Origin: Balanoglossus misakiensis | Lineage: Eukaryota > Animalia > Hemichordata | DNA length: 64,000 nucleotides | Direction of reading: 5' to 3' | NCBI GenBank assembly: GCA_040954595.2 | Contig: CM082595.2 | Span: 1,924,635 to 1,988,634 of the forward strand | Shown: piece after piece, positions 19,841 through 34,580 of the stretch | Layout: every line of letters begins with the position of its first letter | Position numbering within the stretch: the first letter of the stretch is position 1 | Made by a program: the position numbers and the translations under genes | The notes under the pieces: generated by a model | Databases searched by the model: none | What the model saw: the letters and a program-made list of their open reading frames with translations, nothing else | What the model was told of the DNA's origin: nothing

Positions 19841-20223
19841 TCAGTGATCAACGAGGCGTCTCATTGCTGGCCATATGGAACCATGGAGGTACCTCTATGA
19901 TGGAGCTTAGAAACAAAGAGAGGGATTTCTGTTTTCAAAGAGTGTGATCAATGCTAGGGAGATTGTCACCATACGTGTCACCTGGCAGAGCATTATTAGA
20001 ACCGACATAGGTGTCATGTCGCATCTGAACTTTGAATTCTGGACTGTGAGAAACTATAATAAACTTAGTGTTCAGAGTGACCTTTAACCTTTGAGTTTCT
20101 GAGAAATGAGCATGACTATCTATGGTTTATAAATAGTGATGCTGTAATTAAATCTATTTCTAGCAAACAGAATATTATCAGATGGTTCTTTGCAAACCAG
20201 TATTTTATTTGTGTTGCATATCT

Positions 20224-20321
20224 TTAACTCCCCCCCCCCCCCCCCCCCCCCAGTTTTAGAGGTCCAACCTTACCATAGAAAATATTGGATTTGGACTGTA
20301 CCATGGTGGTGAAAGGTTTAA
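20224..20321. mobile_element. MITE family 1 copy with expanded poly-C
   Basis: TTAAC...C-run...AGAGGTCCAACCTTACCATAGAAAA...CCATGGTGGTGAAAGGTTTAA. Confidence 0.85.
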
Positions 20322-20556
20322 TCCAAATAAAAGTTTGATAGAATTTGTATTTTATAATTCACAGACATGAACATCACTCGAATACTGAGACATCATATGA
20401 TACATGATTCAAACCAGAGGACAATTTGGAATGGTGAAGTAACAACTGCAGCTGTAAGACTTTTCAGGACATAGAAGTTTAATAGCCGTGGCAGACACAA
20501 TTTTACAAGCTTGACGTTACTTTGAATCAAGGAGATTACTCAGGAAAATTGTTGCT

Positions 20557-23239
<2,683 letters not shown>

Positions 23240-23928
23240 AAAAAATACCATTGGCACATATCCTCTCTTGAAATGTGCAAAAACAGGGCCTTTTTCAAAG
23301 GGAAATACACCACGTCTATTTTTTGTTCGTATTCTTTTTGAGTAAAAGTGAATGCAGACATGCCTTTTGGATGATATTAGTACTATCATAGCCATTTTCC
23401 TACAGCATATAATTTTTTTCTCTTTTTTCAGTACTGTGTTCTTTATTACTTGTAAGTAAAATACAGGAAAGCAATTTATATGTTCCTTTGCGCAGACAAT
23501 CAATATAGCTACCACAACTCATACAAGTTGCTATAGCAACCCATGTTGCTATGACAGATGAGATAAGTTTGCTTTAGCAACTCATGATGTTGATTTTGAG
23601 GGTTTATAAAATGTATATGCATTCTCCAAGATGGTAACACTTTCAGATGTTCTCATTCCCAATAATTTCATGATATAAGTTTGCTAAGATTTTATGCATT
23701 TCAGATTTCAGGGATGGGCGAATATATCTGGTTTTGACACCAGGGTTTTTCCATGTCAGTCATTGACTTTGGAAGTTTCCAGCCTTCTGACAAGCGCAGC
23801 TTTGTTTTCAGTCATTGAATTTTAACATTTTATTGTTATGGTACATATTTTATGAATTTTCAAAACAATGCTGTTTTAATTAAGTGTGAAGAACTTGGGT
23901 ATGTGTATTCAGAGTCCAGTGCTACAAA

Positions 23929-24021
23929 TTAACCCTTTCACCGCCATGGTTCAGTCCAATCCCATTGTTTTCTATGGTAAGGTTGGACCTCTAAAGATGG
24001 AACTGGGGGTGAAAGGGTTAA
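23929..24021. mobile_element. MITE family 1, intact copy (piggyBac-like non-autonomous)
   Basis: TTAA-CCCTTTCACC ... GGTGAAAGGG-TTAA: perfect 10-bp terminal inverted repeats with TTAA on both sides. Confidence 0.9.
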
Positions 24022-25048
24022 TGTGTGAATTCATTTACAAAGAGATTTGTATTCATTGTAGAAATGCCTATGAAGGACTACCAAACAAACATTAGATAAG
24101 TGCAATCTTGTGAGTTGAAAAAACTGTCCTTAATAGAAGAGGGTTCTATAAATCAGGGAAGTGTATGTCAGTACAGGAGTTTCTCTTGTATAGTGGAATA
24201 TCATTTTTATGGGAACTTTGTAAACATTTTGATGGAGCTTTAAATATACTGAAATATGCTGCAGTATTTCAAGTTGCAGCTCTTGTATCACTAAAGAATA
24301 TTTTGATGACACAAGTTGTTGTACATAAACATAAATATTCATAATCATGTCACAGATGTAAGTCTGATATTGATGATGTTACTAAGTGCCATATCACAAT
24401 ATTTTCTGAAAATTAAGTACTGTAATTGATCACTTTGATTTGTACTTTGTAGGACATTTGAGTCATCGAACTACTGATGTGCTGCCCAAGTGAAACCAAT
24501 TTCATTCAGTTCAATGAACTTCAAATATTTGATCCTGTATCAAGGATCTTGATCAGAGTAAGAACGGGTGTATTTGAAAACAAATAAGTCACATCCATGT
24601 GTTGTAAATGGTGTTTTCTGATGTAGAAAAATATGAGAAATCAATAAAGTATATCTATAAACTCCAACCAGAAAATTGAAAACTTTCTACAAGTGCCGAG
24701 ACATTTTTTTTCTAAAGGGGCATTCAACCCTGGCTTTGACAAAGTTTACCATGATATTGAACTTTTGACCCATTAGTTTGTAGAAAATGTAGATGTTTGA
24801 CATCAGTTAGTATTTAGCTAAATGTAGAATTTTGAAAAGAAAAGAAAAAAACGCAGAACTATCCATGGTCATCGTCGTAAACTATGACCTCTTTACGGCA
24901 ATAGTTTCTGAGTTATCTTGAAATAACGCGAGACTATTGCGCGAGATTTGCTGCAGATGCGCAGTACGTGGGGCGCAGTTACAAAACCCATGTGGAACTG
25001 AGGTCACGATAGGGTTAAACGCGAAGCGTCTACCGGAGAGACATCAAA

Positions 25049-27521
25049 ATGGCACAAAAAATAGGTGACTTGTTCGGTCGCATGGGGAAAGGACCAGCCG
25101 GGTTGAGTACAGGCCTGAAACTTTTAGCCGCTGCTGGTGTGGTTGGGTATGGAGTCAAAGAAGCCATGTATACCGGTGAGTTTTGAACCGAACGAAAGGA
25201 AAATGGCCGATGCATGTGCAATGTACAACACATTGCATGCCCCCCCCCCCCCTTTACCCTTTATCGGTTCGTGTTTGGAAAGTTTTTCAAAGTCGTACGG
25301 CACCAGTCTTAACGAACACGGATATTGTTTGCAGTTATCTCACAGTCAGGATGGGAATTTATTTATGTCCTATCCTGGGATGTCAATTTTATTGTGAAAC
25401 GTGTTTTTAGAAGAAGAAAAATGATGATGCATACAAAATCACACTTTCATCATTCACCTTACCTGACAGCTAACCTAATGCCTTGTTTGATTTCAGTGGA
25501 AGGTGGTCATCGTGCAATTCTGTTTAACCGCGTTGGTGGTTTACAAAAGGACATTTTGGCAGAAGGTTTACATTTGAGGATTCCGTGGTTTCAATATCCA
25601 ATTATTTATGATATTCGCACAAGACCGAAGAAAATCACTTCTCCAACCGGAAGCAAAGGTTAGTCCAGCTGTATTTTTACCTCATTTTCAAGTCACGGTT
25701 TTGGTGACAAAAACTTGCAGCAAATATTTAACCTCTTAGCTGTTCTGTTCTGTCATGGAATCTATTTTTCCGTAACTTTCAGATCTCCAGGTTGTCAACA
25801 TTGGTATCCGTGTCCTGCATAGGCCAGATGCGATGACTCTTCCAGAAATGTACCGGGTAGTCGGCACAGATTACGAGGACCGAGTTCTTCCATCAATTTT
25901 AAATGAAGTTCTGAAGAGCGTCGTTGCCAAGTTCAATGCATCTCAACTTATCACCCAGCGTTCTGCTGTAAGTATTTTGTCAGGCGTCGGTGCTGCTATG
26001 TCAACATCAAGATCTTTGCATTGCTTGTAAGGGAAGGATAGATCTCAATGGCTTGCCACATGAAAGGAGTGATAAACTAGACTGATGATTTTATATGACT
26101 TGCACAAGACCGACAACTCTTGTATGACTGACCAGCAATTCTGTGCAAACTACACTTCATAATATTTCTGTGCTCTCATTACAGGTAAGCTTAATGGTGA
26201 GGCAACAGTTGGTTGAAAGGGCCAAAGACTTTTATATTATTCTAGATGATGTGGCTATAACAGAACTTAGTTTTGGTAAATAAATCTTCTTCGTCTTCTT
26301 TCTCCCTAAGTATTCGTAGATACCGGGAATGATCATGACAGATCAGATTTTACGATATGAATCCTGCATCAAAGTAGGGATTTGCGTATCATTGCCATGG
26401 TCATAACCTTAATTCACTAACTTGCATTTTTTTGTGATTTCAGGCAAGGAATATGCAGCAGCAGTTGAAGCCAAGCAAGTAGCCCAGCAAGAAGCACAAA
26501 GGGCACAGTTCATTGTTGAACAAGCGAAGCAAGAAAAGAACAGAAAAGTTGTACAAGCTGAAGGAGAAGCATCAGCTGCAAGATTGATATCCTTTGACGA
26601 AATTGCAAATAATTTGAGGAGAAACAGACTTGGTGATATCAGCATTTGGTGGTGGGGAGGCAGGGAGGTCACATAAGGTCCTGTGATTGGTCACATAAGG
26701 TCATGTGATTTGTCACACAAGGTCATGTGATGATATAACCTAATGCTACACTGTCATTGAAAAACCAGAGTTTTCATGCCATGTGTCTGTAATCTTGGTG
26801 GGTATGTGATAGATCAACATACTCGCTGTAAGGGCAGACATACAGTTAATGGGTGTCAACCCTGCAGGTCTGGTTGCTATAGTAACAGTAACTTGGTAAT
26901 CAGGTGACACTACATGGGGGGGGGGGGGTCAATTGGCAATGATTTAATTGACAGACGTGGGCAAATATCTTTAGTAATCTGATGACTGACCTGTATATTT
27001 TATTGTGACCATTACTTGTAGTTTTGATCTGAATAATTTACTCATACATGTAGTTGTTTTCTTAACTTCTATTTTTACATTGGAGAATCCATAAGTAAAA
27101 GTCCAGGGTATCTGAAGCTTAGGAAAGTCAGGGCATCTCAAAACATCGCCAGAACAGTAAGTATCTTGAACATCATCATGTCACAGTTTCAACAACAGGC
27201 ATCTATTTAGGGAGGCATAATAGTCCAGTGGTTAGAGCTGTGGACTCGTGCGTCCCGAGCCCCGGCATGGCTGTGATGTTGTGTCCTTGGCACTTGACTT
27301 CTCATTGCTTCTCCCCACTCAGGAGTAATATACCTTCCAATATTATCTTGTGATAGTAAACTGAATACTTACACACAGTTCATTTTTGTTTACAGATTGC
27401 TGGATCACAGAACAGAGTATACTTGAATGCAAATAGTCTAATGCTGAACGTGGCTAGCAGTGAATTTGACGAGTCTGCCAATAAACTTGCTGTGGATTCA
27501 AATGTGGTAAAAAAGAAGTAA
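25049..27521 (+). CDS. PHB2: Prohibitin-2
   Basis: [110 protein letters not shown]; 8 coding exons. Confidence 0.98.
26667..26732. repeat. 3 x 22-bp tandem repeat overlapping the scaRNA 5' end
   Basis: GGTCACATAAGGTCCTGTGATT / GGTCACATAAGGTCATGTGATT / TGTCACACAAGGTCATGTGATG. Confidence 0.9.
26722..26986 (+). ncRNA. Composite box C/D-H/ACA scaRNA, U85/U89 (SCARNA10/SCARNA12) family
   Basis: C box GTGATGA (26727), D box CTGA (26979), terminal stem GTCA/TGAC. ATCTTTAGTAA before the D box is antisense to U5 loop I UUACUAAAGAU (D+5 rule gives C45). Hairpin GTCTGTAATCTTGGTGGG...CTGTAAGGGCAGAC matches U85 as recalled and forms the Psi46 pocket; a second hairpin GTGTCA...TGACAC is followed by ACA. 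Confidence 0.92.
27210..27330 (+). mobile_element. Degenerate tRNA-derived SINE in the last PHB2 intron
   Basis: A-box-like TAGTCCAGTGGTTAGAGC followed by SINE-core-like GTTGTGTCCTTGGCACTTGACTTCTCATTGCTTCTCCCCACTCAGGAGTA; B box decayed, no cloverleaf. Confidence 0.7.
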
Positions 27522-28162
27522 CAAATTTGTTAGAGTCCAGTGTCATTTGGTTGTTTAGACTTTGCATTTTTTTGGGTGTGTGTTCCTAGAATGATGGAGG
27601 TTAAGAGTTTGCAGACTTCCCGGAAAAGTTCTTGAATGCTACTTCAGTTTTCTTTCAAAACTTGTGTCAAGAAAGTATCCCACAATAAACATGAGTGACA
27701 GTTTTCATTGTTTTCTATGTGGAAGGATTCAAGTCAAATTTTAGTAGATGACTGCTATGTTAAATTCCAATACAGAACAATAAACCTCATATTATTTTCA
27801 ATGATTTGTGTTTTGTTCAACTATGATTATATCTGTCATCTATGCAATGTGTATATTAGACATTCATACACCCTTTTTCTAAGTCTACAGTTTAAAAAAA
27901 GAAAAATGAACAACAATGTGATGTGTATAACTCCTCCACTTTAATAAAGCTTCATAAATATACACAAGTTTTTTAATCTCCAGTCATGCAATGAATAAGA
28001 AAGATATGAAGTTTTTCAGCAAAGAGAATTGCGTCATTAATTTTTCATATATTTTTTTTCACTATCATGGAGATGGTTTTCAACTTTTTAGATCAATGCT
28101 TGAACAAGTTAGGCTCAATTGGATTTTACTGAAGAGCCTGTGTAGTTCAGTGGCTTTTTGAT

Positions 28163-29454
28163 TTACATCAGTGAAATAAGAGCTGATGCCAGGAGGAGAG
28201 AAACGCTGGCAATGATGGTATTAACGCCACTACCAGGAGCATCTAGAGCATCATCCCATTCATTGGGCTCATTCAATGAAATGTACCAAGGGAAGTCTTC
28301 GTTGCATCCTGGCATGTCGAAGCGGGAACAACAGTAGTTGCACACCAAACCTGCGTTGGGGATGTCGCCACCATGACAAGTCATGAACTCTTCACTGAAC
28401 ATCTCTTCTTCCAGATATTCATAGCATTCATCCTGAATGTTCAGACGAAAAGAAAGAATTAAGACGATGTTTGGCAAGCCAGAGATGATCCGATACAGAC
28501 AAACCACAAAGGTTATCAACAACACTAATTTCTGGACAAGAAGTGTCAAGTGCCTTTTTCCAAGAAACTGCTACTCTCCGAAACTAACAAAGTCAAAATT
28601 GAATAGTTGACATACGTACCACTGATAAACACCCTTTGGCTTCAATGCGCCATCCATTGCCTCTCTCATTGAATCGGATTTGCGTCCAGCAAGTAGGCTC
28701 AGCTTGTTCACAATACTCCATGTTTGGTGATCCATCCTCCCCCTGTTATGTTGACATAATCAAAAGTAATCATTTTAAACTTTTTAGAACATTTTCTTAT
28801 GAAGTTAAAATCTAATTTTGTGTCAATGTGATCCTTTCATTTTTCAAGATTGTTAGGATACTATTAATGTGATAGTCTGTGATGTTTGTTCCAGAAGTGA
28901 CAGAGGTGTATAGACTTACAAAGTTGCACTCTTCGGGATCTGCTTCATACTCGCACACATGACACCATGCTGGTTCTGGTGTCACTGTTGGCTCAGTTGG
29001 TTCAACTGCCTGCGTTGTCACTTCCAGTGTTTCACCTGTGGTCCCTTCCATTGGAGCCTCTGTAGTTCCATCTGCTGGCAGGGTAGTTGCCTCTTCTGTC
29101 AACAGTTGTTCAGTTACAATACTGCCATCGGTGCCTGCTGTACCAGTGCCACTATCGGTGGCTACAGTTGCAGTTTGAGCTGATACTCCTTGCTGATTGA
29201 TCAAACCTTGCAGACCTACAATTTATGACCAATATAAAATGTTCAATACATCTGTATGTACGAAATCAAAAGTTTCAAGAAAGTAAGTTGAACTTATAGA
29301 ATGGAATAGAAAATCATAGAATTATGGAAAGAGGAGAAGTCGCGATTATGTGTAGAAACCAAAAAAAAAAAAAAAACAAAGTTATTGGGTCTCTTCATGT
29401 TAACTCACAAGCAGTTAGAAATAGTCCCACGATGATGATTTTTGGTGGTACCAT
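28163..29454 (-). CDS. Ly6/uPAR (three-finger) protein with LYPD6-like 12-Cys domain, Thr/Glu-rich N-terminal region and GPI-type tail; 4 exons
   Basis: Signal MVPPKIIIVGLFLTAC; WCHVCEYEADPEECNF/GEDGSPNMEYCEQAEPTCWTQ...AKGCLSV/DEC...TC...VCNYCCSRFDMPGCN; hydrophobic C-terminus after GSG. Confidence 0.85.
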
Positions 29455-31413
29455 CTCGCTGCCAAAGTGTTGTTTCTAAACAGCTATTGCCAACAATCTC
29501 TACATGAATGTTATCTCCCCGGTGGTAGTGGGCAACGATTGTTAATTTTAGAATGTTTTCGAAAAACGTTACGTGTTCCATAGTGCTCCGAATGCTCCGT
29601 TGTCATGACCACGAAAGCGCCAGACGCGGCGCGAGATGCGTCTTTTCTCGAACGCGCGCGCTCACCCTTGCTCTACGCATGCAACGTCGCACATGCACAG
29701 TGACCGCATTTATAATATTATCCGTTGAATACACTTAAAAACAAATAAACAAACAAACATCTCTGATATTTATTCTTATATTTTATATAAACAAATTATT
29801 CACACCCAACGAACAAAACAAGGATGCGGAGCAGCAACCGGGTAGTAATGGTATAATGTTTAGGAAAGTGGTGATGATGGAGGGACTGTTGGAAAGCATA
29901 AATAGATGAAAGGGTGTGCCACTCTGCGCTGAAATTGTTTTCTCTCCTTGCCAACTTGGTTAGAAATGACTTTCGATTGCAATCGTCGTGATCGCCTTCG
30001 TGTATCCTTCGGTTTTAGCTTCACTATTCCCGGTTTCTAGGCATTATCTTCCTGATCTTCGGTGGTGGAAGTTGCGTGCCCGTGAAATTCAGTCGGTGAA
30101 ACCCGTGCACTGCCAACGCCCAGTAATATACAGGAAAACGGTTGAGTGTCATGGCGGACGGATTGATGTGATATAAAAAAACAAACTGAGATTTCGTTGT
30201 CTTAATTTAATTTCAGACTCCTGACATCATCCCCAAATACCAGGTAAGTACCGAGCATCTAGTACTGCTAATCTACGGCGGTGTAGAGTAATTCAAAATA
30301 TGGCTAAGTGGTCAATTTCGCTTGTAAGTTGCAGCGGAACTGTGATGACAATCGACCTCCTGATCTGATTCAGACACAAAACTTGTGACAACTTCTGTGA
30401 AATTATTTTTGTTTCGGATAGAGTATGTCATGGATCATAGAATCAAACCCCGTGGTGATTCTTAAAGTATGGAAACGGGGGTGTTTCTTGCAGAATTCGC
30501 CCCGATCGTCCGTGTTTGCAACAGGCATTTGTTAAAAACGACGAGGAAAAAGTCGTTGCTCGTCAAGCAAGAACGATAAAAGATCGCACAGCAGGACCCG
30601 TCCCAAGATTCGCATCCATCGCTACACGATCGGTAATCATTGCGTAGAATATAGCCTAGCACATTTTTCCAATATCATTTAATCAATCTATAAAATAAGG
30701 TCAAAACTGTTCGTATTGATTCGTACGAGCCGAACACCATTTGTAAACGGATGTGATTACTTCCTGGTTTGTTTATAATGGATAGGGGAGGGCGGGGGCG
30801 CTTCTTCAATATTCTTGTACGTCCATTACTTTCTTCCTGGACTGTATACTTCCAGAAGAAAAGAAATTACAAATTTCTGACATGTAGCATGTGCACTGTT
30901 TGAGACGGATTCAAAATTATGCACATCGAACCTTTCATAATTATGATCCTTGGGAATGTGATGAGATATGAAATTGACATGTCAACCCAGGTGACTGTCA
31001 TTACCCTAGGCTACCCTGTGTAGATATTGATCTTGTGTTGCATGTTATTATGTAAATTAGACTGTTTTATTGTGTGGATTAAGAGTAGGGAAGATTCAGT
31101 TGAAAATTGACAATCAGTGTAGATAGGAATGAGTCATTCATATTGTTCAGTGGAATGACACTACGCCCTTCAGTATAGCACTCGACATTGCTATTTATAG
31201 CATAGAAAACGTTACTATAAATAAACTTCCCCACTCTCTCATATATGAATCTGGCCATTGGCCTTTTCATTTTCAAGACATGTGTGAAGACAGCTTACCT
31301 TGCCGTATTATTTGGTTGACAGTTCTTTTGGTACATTCATGATTTTCTTACTTGTCTTCGATTTTGTTGCAGAGATATAGAAAGACCAGAGACTCAGCTG
31401 CCTCTATTGGTGA

Positions 31414-32768
<1,355 letters not shown>

Positions 32769-34175
32769 AATGAGAAGGGAACTAGGGACACTGGTTTGTG
32801 GCATTGGTTAATGCGTAGCGTGTGTCTGCCCACTTGTCAAGTTGGTGGCAGAGATCAGTTTGGCTGTGTTATTTCATATCAACAGCAAAATCTTACATCA
32901 GTCAGCATTGGTACTCAGAATTTATCAATGTATCAGTCTTAAATTGCACACAGTGTAAACTTATAATCTGATCCAGACTTTTTCTTTTTCTAAGTTCTCA
33001 TTGTCTATTCAGCAAGGTTTTGTTTTGTCATGTTAAGAAAAAAAACTTGGAAGATGTGTCCTTCAATTTGTGCAGTTGTAGAATGCCATTGATCCGATGA
33101 TTTGTAAACCTGATCTAGAAGATGGAATGTCAGAATCTTTCAAAATAAACAATAAAAAAAAAGATAGAAATGATGATCACTACTGTACTTTGTATATCAG
33201 ATGTAATTTTTGGCCATCACACTTGCAACCAGTTTGATTTTGCTTGGTGGTTTTGACACAATTCACATCTCTCCAATGACACATGGATTTTTGCTGCAGC
33301 AGGTGCCCTCAACAGAACTTCATGTAAGTCTTATCTTATCCAGTGGTTTCATGCTTATTTAAACTGGGCTTTGGTAATTTTACAGGATGATGTTTTTTTG
33401 TAAATGAAGATGATATTCCTAGAGGTAGAGGAGCACACGCAAATTGACTACAATTCACACTCCCATTGTATAAGTGGGACAGCTTGTCCCGATGGAGAGT
33501 GATCACTTTACAAAGTAGTACTTAGATTTTATGAATGAACAGCCAGATACTGGTGTTTTCCATATTCGTCATTGTATTTCCATTCCTTGAACCATGGGTC
33601 AGAGAACAGCTTTCATACAGTGAAGAAATTTACAGACTTGTGGTTTTAAAATGTTTGCTATTTTTTGAATGGGAAATACTCAAGTGTACCAGTGATATTT
33701 GGAAGGGCTACTGTAGAAGGTGTGCTATAGTATTCAGCTTAGTTTTCAGTTTAGTGATTATCTGTAAATATCTAGATTTTGTTTAAAAGATAATTTTGCT
33801 TTTGGAATACAACAGTGTATGAAAGTGATGTGTGCCTTTCTATTTGCTTCCAAAGATATATTCATCAAGTACACCTAGATCATGTAGTCTTTCCAGCCAA
33901 AAACATGCATTTTATACCATGTACTCGTGAATAATTATGTAATCAAGATTTGGTTGGCACATTTAAAAAAAACTGTTGTCTCCAAGCTAAAGCTAGTTTG
34001 AGAGTTTAGCTAGTTAACTACCAGACCTTGTTCACCTGTGCAAGCAATCTAGTTAACTAGTTAAAGCATCTAGTCTCTAGCAAAGTTAGGATTGTATTCA
34101 GCATCTTGTGTTTTGTCCTTCGAAAATTATCATTAAAAGGTTATTGTAAACATAGATGTGGAGATGTTGTTTTTG

Positions 34176-34204
34176 GTGTGTGTGTGTGTGTGTGTGTGTG
34201 TGTG
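34176..34204. repeat. (GT)n microsatellite in probable CDC42 3' UTR
   Basis: Directly visible. Confidence 0.95.
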
Positions 34205-34580
34205 CATTGATCAAGTTGTGACAGTCGTATATGCTGTATTGGATGTCTGTCTGTTACACAGAATTAAACACATACTTTGAGTGTACACTCTGCTATTCGT
34301 GGTTGCATATAGCAGTATATACAGACACAATAAGAAATTGTTTATTGTTTAACAGTTGCGGTTGTATAACTCTTTAAAGTGGGAGTTTTTTAGAAGTTTC
34401 GATTTTTGTACGAAACAAACGTGTACCCATCCATTTGTCATTTATATCGTTGGTGGCGCTTCACTGTGACGTCAGGGGTTAAAGGGCGTGTGTGCAGTCC
34501 TTCGAAAGGAGCCCTGTCTTGGACGATCGTCGACTAAAGTTTGGTTGTTAAACCAAAGTATTCGACAAATTCAAGCAGAT

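Larger units (their letters stand above)
26587..27078 (+). other. U12-type AT-AC intron in PHB2
   Basis: Donor ATATCCTTT at 26587, branch TTTCTTAAC ending at 27066, terminal AC at 27077-27078; splicing joins AARL to [16 protein letters not shown] in frame. Confidence 0.96.

Noticed and set aside
23527-23540. Perfect X-box GTTGCTATAGCAAC in the SLC35E2 3' region
   Set aside because: No adjacent ciliary promoter, and such palindromes recur elsewhere (about 38782); function is unsupported.
26082-26132. TGATGA...CTGA pair in a PHB2 intron as a C/D snoRNA
   Set aside because: Only about 50 nt, weak terminal stem, no recognisable target.
26587-26676. Apparent premature end of PHB2 (ISFDEIANN...EVT*)
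   Set aside because: Read-through into the AT-AC intron; the frame resumes at 27079.
26667-26732. CRISPR-like array
   Set aside because: Head-to-tail repeats without spacers, eukaryotic intron, no cas genes.
27210-27290. tRNA gene
   Set aside because: A box only; no T arm or cloverleaf, and it runs into SINE-like sequence.
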